Below, one piece after another: positions 56,569 through 64,000 of a DNA stretch of 64,000 bases (position 1 is its first letter; each line of letters starts with the position of its first letter). The stretch lies in the NCBI RefSeq assembly GCF_009914755.1, contig NC_060932.1. The stretch is one strand, 5' to 3'. Source of the DNA: the human T2T-CHM13v2.0 reference genome, Homo sapiens. Under the pieces are notes generated by a model, which searched no databases, was not told the origin of the DNA, and saw only the letters and a list, made by a program, of their open reading frames with translations. A program made the position numbers and the translations under genes.

Positions 56569-57689
56569 GTTTATAAGGATATTTATGAAAGGACATATGG
56601 TTATATACTTTTATAAATCAACTTGTAAGTCAATTTAAAAATAAGTAAAAATTATAGACAACGAAAGTGTTTCCTTATGAATGAAGTGTGATTTCAGTAG
56701 TAATGAAACTCCTCACCATTTTGGTGTTTGTTGAACAATAATTTCAGAAATTGTTCACTGGTTTTACAAAATGTCACACATAACTGTAGTTATAAAGCTA
56801 TCCCTTAAGAATTGGGTAGATTTAAAACATTACAGCGTTGTCATGACTTTCAGTGCCATGGGTAGGTGGGTTGAGGTCCCAGAGATTTATAATGGAATGA
56901 GGTGTGGAGTGTGCCTCACTACAGGTGTGCACACGTTCCACTGACTGCTCAGGCAGATTCCTGACCCAGGGTTATGTTATTAAATTTTCAGGGAAAAAAA
57001 GTCCCCCTCAGGAATCTCTTCAATGTTGAAATTAAATTGTGCAACGATCTAAATGTGCTCTAATAAATGTTATACCAATCCTGAATCCCTGGGTTTAATA
57101 AAAACATAGAAAGATAGATTGTGCTGTGAGTGAATTCTGGGGGCTGAGAAACTAGAGACATTTCAAAGAAACAGGATGGGTGGAGAGGGAGAGGGGACCC
57201 TGAGAGCTGGTCTAAAACTCCACTCCCAGTGAGGGGCCACAGAGTGCCAGCGCAGGACACTGTAGTCTCTGATCCCACAAAACGGCCCATGAGAAGGAAA
57301 GCATGAGCACCCTATTTAGAGAATGTGGGAAATGGAGCCAGGGGTGTTGGTCTGATTCCCTTGGTTCTTGGGCAGATCCAGTGAGGAGGAGGAGAAAGAA
57401 GACCTCAATTCCAGATTGATTTTGTTGCTACAGTGTATTGTAGACACCCTCCACAGCACCCTGGGAGCCTCAAGGGAGAAAGAGAAAAAATAAGCAAAGC
57501 AATTGGCTCCACTGAGTGAGGCTGCTTCTCTTTGGTCAAATCCAGGACATTGGACCGTGGATCTCCAACAAAGGAATCCACAACCCAGGAGATGCAGGGA
57601 GGGAATTACAGGCAGGCAGTTCTGTTTGCTCCCCATGGCTCTCCCAGCTGTTTTCACGTGAGGGCATTTTCACTTTTTATTGATTACAT

Positions 57690-57900
57690 GCACAATCCGA
57701 TATTTTGACATGTCTATGCCATCATGTCACTGCAACTACGATCAAGATGTAGAACATTTCCATCATCCCAAAGAGTTCCTCCCTGTTTCTTTGCACCCTC
57801 CACCCTTATCCCACCCCAGGCAACCGCTCCTCTATCTTCTGTGCCATAGTTTTGCCTTTTCTAATTTTGCAGACATAGAATCATATAGTGCGAAGACTTT
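57690..57900 (-). mobile_element. L1ME-like 3' fragment
   Basis: atcaagatgtagaacatttccatcatcccaaagagttcc...tagttttgccttttcta...aatcatatag. Confidence 0.65.
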
Positions 57901-58893
57901 TTGCTTCATTTTTAAGGAAGAATTACTTGGGGGTTCACCTGTCCTTTCCTGGGTCCCTGTGTCCCTCAGTTGTCATCATGGTTCTGGCAACCCTACCCTC
58001 GTGGTTGCAAAAGCCCCCCAGTCACATTGACAGCTGGCTGCCTTGCAAGGTCAGAGCAGACAGGGGTCTTGCATGTTCTTCAGAAGGGAGCCTCTAGAAG
58101 ACTTCTAGGACTCTCTCAGCATAACTTGGACAACTCTTCACTCTGCCTTTTCAAAGATCTCCCTCCCAGCCTGGCATGAGGAGGGAATGAAAAGAGTGAT
58201 GTCCAGGCACAGCGAACTCTATCCTGGCCTAAGAATTTAGCAAAGGTGACAGAGGCACTGAAAGCCACCATCAGGTTACATGGAGTGAGTGTGTTGGGCA
58301 GAGGGAATAAAACACCAGTGCAAAGTTGGGTTTGTCTGTTTCCCCCCGAAATCACACATCAACTTAAATTCTCATCAAACAAAGCATCTTTTTGAAAGAC
58401 TTGTCCTGAGTGAAGAGAGTGGGAGGAAAATTCTTCCTCAGGATTAAGTCCATGGTGGGGCAGAAGAGGCTGAAGAGCAGAGAGTGATATCATCTGAAGA
58501 GAGCTTTGACAGACAGGCCAGGCTCAGCCAATGACAGGCTCCTGCCCCGACCTCTGAAAGTGTGGAAAACTCACTCTGGGCTGAGATGGGTGCAGCCCAT
58601 GGGGGCCCCAGAGTCAAGTGAAGGCATAGAGAGAAGCACTCCTGACAAAATCAGATTGTTTATGTTCTTACAGATGGACCTTCTTCCAAGAGGAATCAGC
58701 AGAGCCAGAAAGCAAGAGGAGCCAGAAAGCAAGAAGGTTGGATTTTGTTTTAATCCTTTCTAGGCAAAGGGATAGAAATCAACAGGTGCAGTTCATCCCT
58801 CTATGTCAGGAACTATGCTAAGTGCTTTACGATGAGAACATATCTATGTTCTCATCAAATTAAAGAAAAAAATAGTTTTTCCAGTTTCTAAAT

Positions 58894-59190
58894 TGTTTAT
58901 TTTTATTTTTCTTTAAAGACAGGGTTTCTCTCTGTTGCCCAGGCTGGAGTGCAATGGTGCAATCAGAGCTCACTTCAGCCCCCACATCCCAGGCTCAGGC
59001 TCCAGCTTCAGCCTCCCAAGTAGCTGGAACCATGGGTGTGAGCCACCATGCCCAGCTAATTTTTATATTTTTTGTAGAGACGGGGTCTCGCTATGTTGCC
59101 CAGGCTGGTCTTGAACCCCTGAGTTCAAGCGATCCTCCTGCCTTGGTTCCCAAAGTGCTAGGAATACAGGTGTGAGCCACTGCCACTGTT
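58894..59190 (-). mobile_element. AluJ
   Basis: Antisense dimeric Alu. Confidence 0.88.
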
Positions 59191-59608
59191 CCTTTTTCTT
59201 TTTTCTTTCTTTTTTTTTTTTTTTTTAAAGAAGGGAACAGCTGACGTGGCAATGAAAAGAAAATACTTATTTTTTTTTTTTTAAAGTAAAAGTGGAAGAA
59301 TAAAGAAGGGATGAGAAAAGCTCACCGTTTCTCCACACAGGCTGCAGGCTTATAGTGGCACGCTCTTATGCTCTGCTTTGTTTTGACCAAATCAGCTCTG
59401 TAGGATGGATTGATGAACAACAGAATTTTTAGATTCAATTAAGGAAGGTAGAGCTTTTTCCAAGGTCCTTATAGAGAAAAGGGTGTCCAAGAGTCCAAGA
59501 TTAGCCTCACCAGTCACTCCCAGAATCACACAAGAGAGAGCTATCCTTAAGCCAATTAGGCCAAGAAGAGCGATAAGTCATACATTTCTGTGGACGTTTC
59601 CATCACAT

Positions 59609-61245
<1,637 letters not shown>

Positions 61246-61247
61246 AT

Positions 61248-61403
61248 TATTTTTCTTTTTTTTTTAGAGACAGGGTCTCACTCTGTTGCTCAGACTGAAG
61301 TACAGTGGCTATTTACAGGCATGATCATACCACGGGAACATCAGCTCCTGGGCTCAAGGCATTCTCCTGCCTCAGCCTCCAGACTAGTTAGGACTATAGC
61401 CAC
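61248..61403 (-). mobile_element. FAM-like fossil Alu monomer
   Basis: Monomer retaining 7SL-like cagtggctatttacaggc. Confidence 0.65.
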
Positions 61404-61509
61404 ATGAAATATTAATAATATTTTTTAACGGGAATTATACTTAATTGTAAAGGTTAGTGTTCTTATATATAGAATAAATAAAATTTCATTTACTACCTTC
61501 CACTATGTA

Positions 61510-61590
61510 TTAGGTTGGTGCAAAAGTAATTGCTGTTTTTGCCATTACTTTTAAATGGCAAAAACCGTAATTACTTTTGCACCAACGTAA
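61510..61590. mobile_element. MADE1 (Hsmar1-derived mariner MITE)
   Basis: TA|ttaggttggtgcaaaagtaattgc...gtaattacttttgcaccaacgtaa|TA; ~37-bp inverted repeats with a short spacer and TA target duplication. Confidence 0.95.
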
Positions 61591-61732
61591 TAAAATGGTT
61601 AGTAACTTTGGTCTCACCTGAATATATAAATGATGGCCTAATGGTTTGTGGACGGGGCCATGGGGTATGCACCTTCTATATAATATATAGGATTGGGGAA
61701 CCTCCTAGTTCTAAGACATAAAACTTCTGTCC

Positions 61733-62832
<1,100 letters not shown>

Positions 62833-62914
62833 ACTAATTGTGTTTTATAGCCAGAAGAGAAAATTGGCATCACATCTACTTGGGATCATGGAAAAATGAT
62901 TTATCTTCAATATA

Positions 62915-63075
62915 ATCAGAATTCTGGAATTTCAAAGCTGAGAGGGACTTCTGAGGTCGTTTAGTTTAAACCTTCATACATCAGGTATCTGAGTCCCAGA
63001 GGTTAAATGATTTGCTGAAGGACCAACCTGAGAGAAGAACAGGAACTGGAACACATGTCTTTCAATACCAAATCT
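62915..63075 (-). mobile_element. MIR fragment
   Basis: ctgagtcccagaggttaaatgatttgctgaagg core. Confidence 0.55.
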
Positions 63076-63370
63076 TGTGATCCAAAAACTCCATGTTGCA
63101 TGGTTGATTACAAATATATAACCATAACTTGAATGCTACTGCTATATTATTGACACGTACTTCAATGCTCTCTCATTGTACCAGGATGTAATTATCAGGA
63201 TCTGCCTCTGCTGGGCATCTTTCCTTTCGTTCATTGATTTCATGGTCCATCACTTGGTAATATTATTGGTAATATATTCCACTCCCTTGTCATTTCTTTC
63301 ACCATTGCCATAATCTAGTAAACCCCAATCTTGGATTAATACAACAATTTGCTTTCCCTGTGTCTAAATC

Positions 63371-63963
<593 letters not shown>

Positions 63964-64000
63964 GCCCTGTGTCTAAATCTTGATCACCAAGGGCAACTGG

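Overview
This is primate (very probably human) genomic DNA containing the 3' end of LYN, a Src-family tyrosine kinase gene, on the + strand. Three coding exons with GT-AG boundaries lie at 17505-17658, 18577-18708 and 29069-29271. They encode the catalytic loop (HRDLRAAN), the DFG motif and activation-loop tyrosine, and the C-terminal inhibitory tail ([11 protein letters not shown]). A ~4 kb 3' UTR follows, with several candidate poly(A) signals and an inverted Alu pair. The rest is intron (1-17504 and between exons) and ~30 kb of downstream intergenic DNA. It holds about 55 Alu/FLAM/FRAM copies, L1/L2/MIR fragments, MaLR/ERV1/ERVL LTRs, Tigger/hAT DNA-transposon fossils, a MADE1 MITE and a full-length 7SL RNA pseudogene. 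Almost all other ORFs in the track are Alu-derived or chance frames. I found no credible previously undescribed biological system; the best leads are post-transcriptional and regulatory hypotheses about LYN. Repeat subfamily names are from recalled consensus sequences, and repeat boundaries are approximate (about 10-20 bp, more for old elements).
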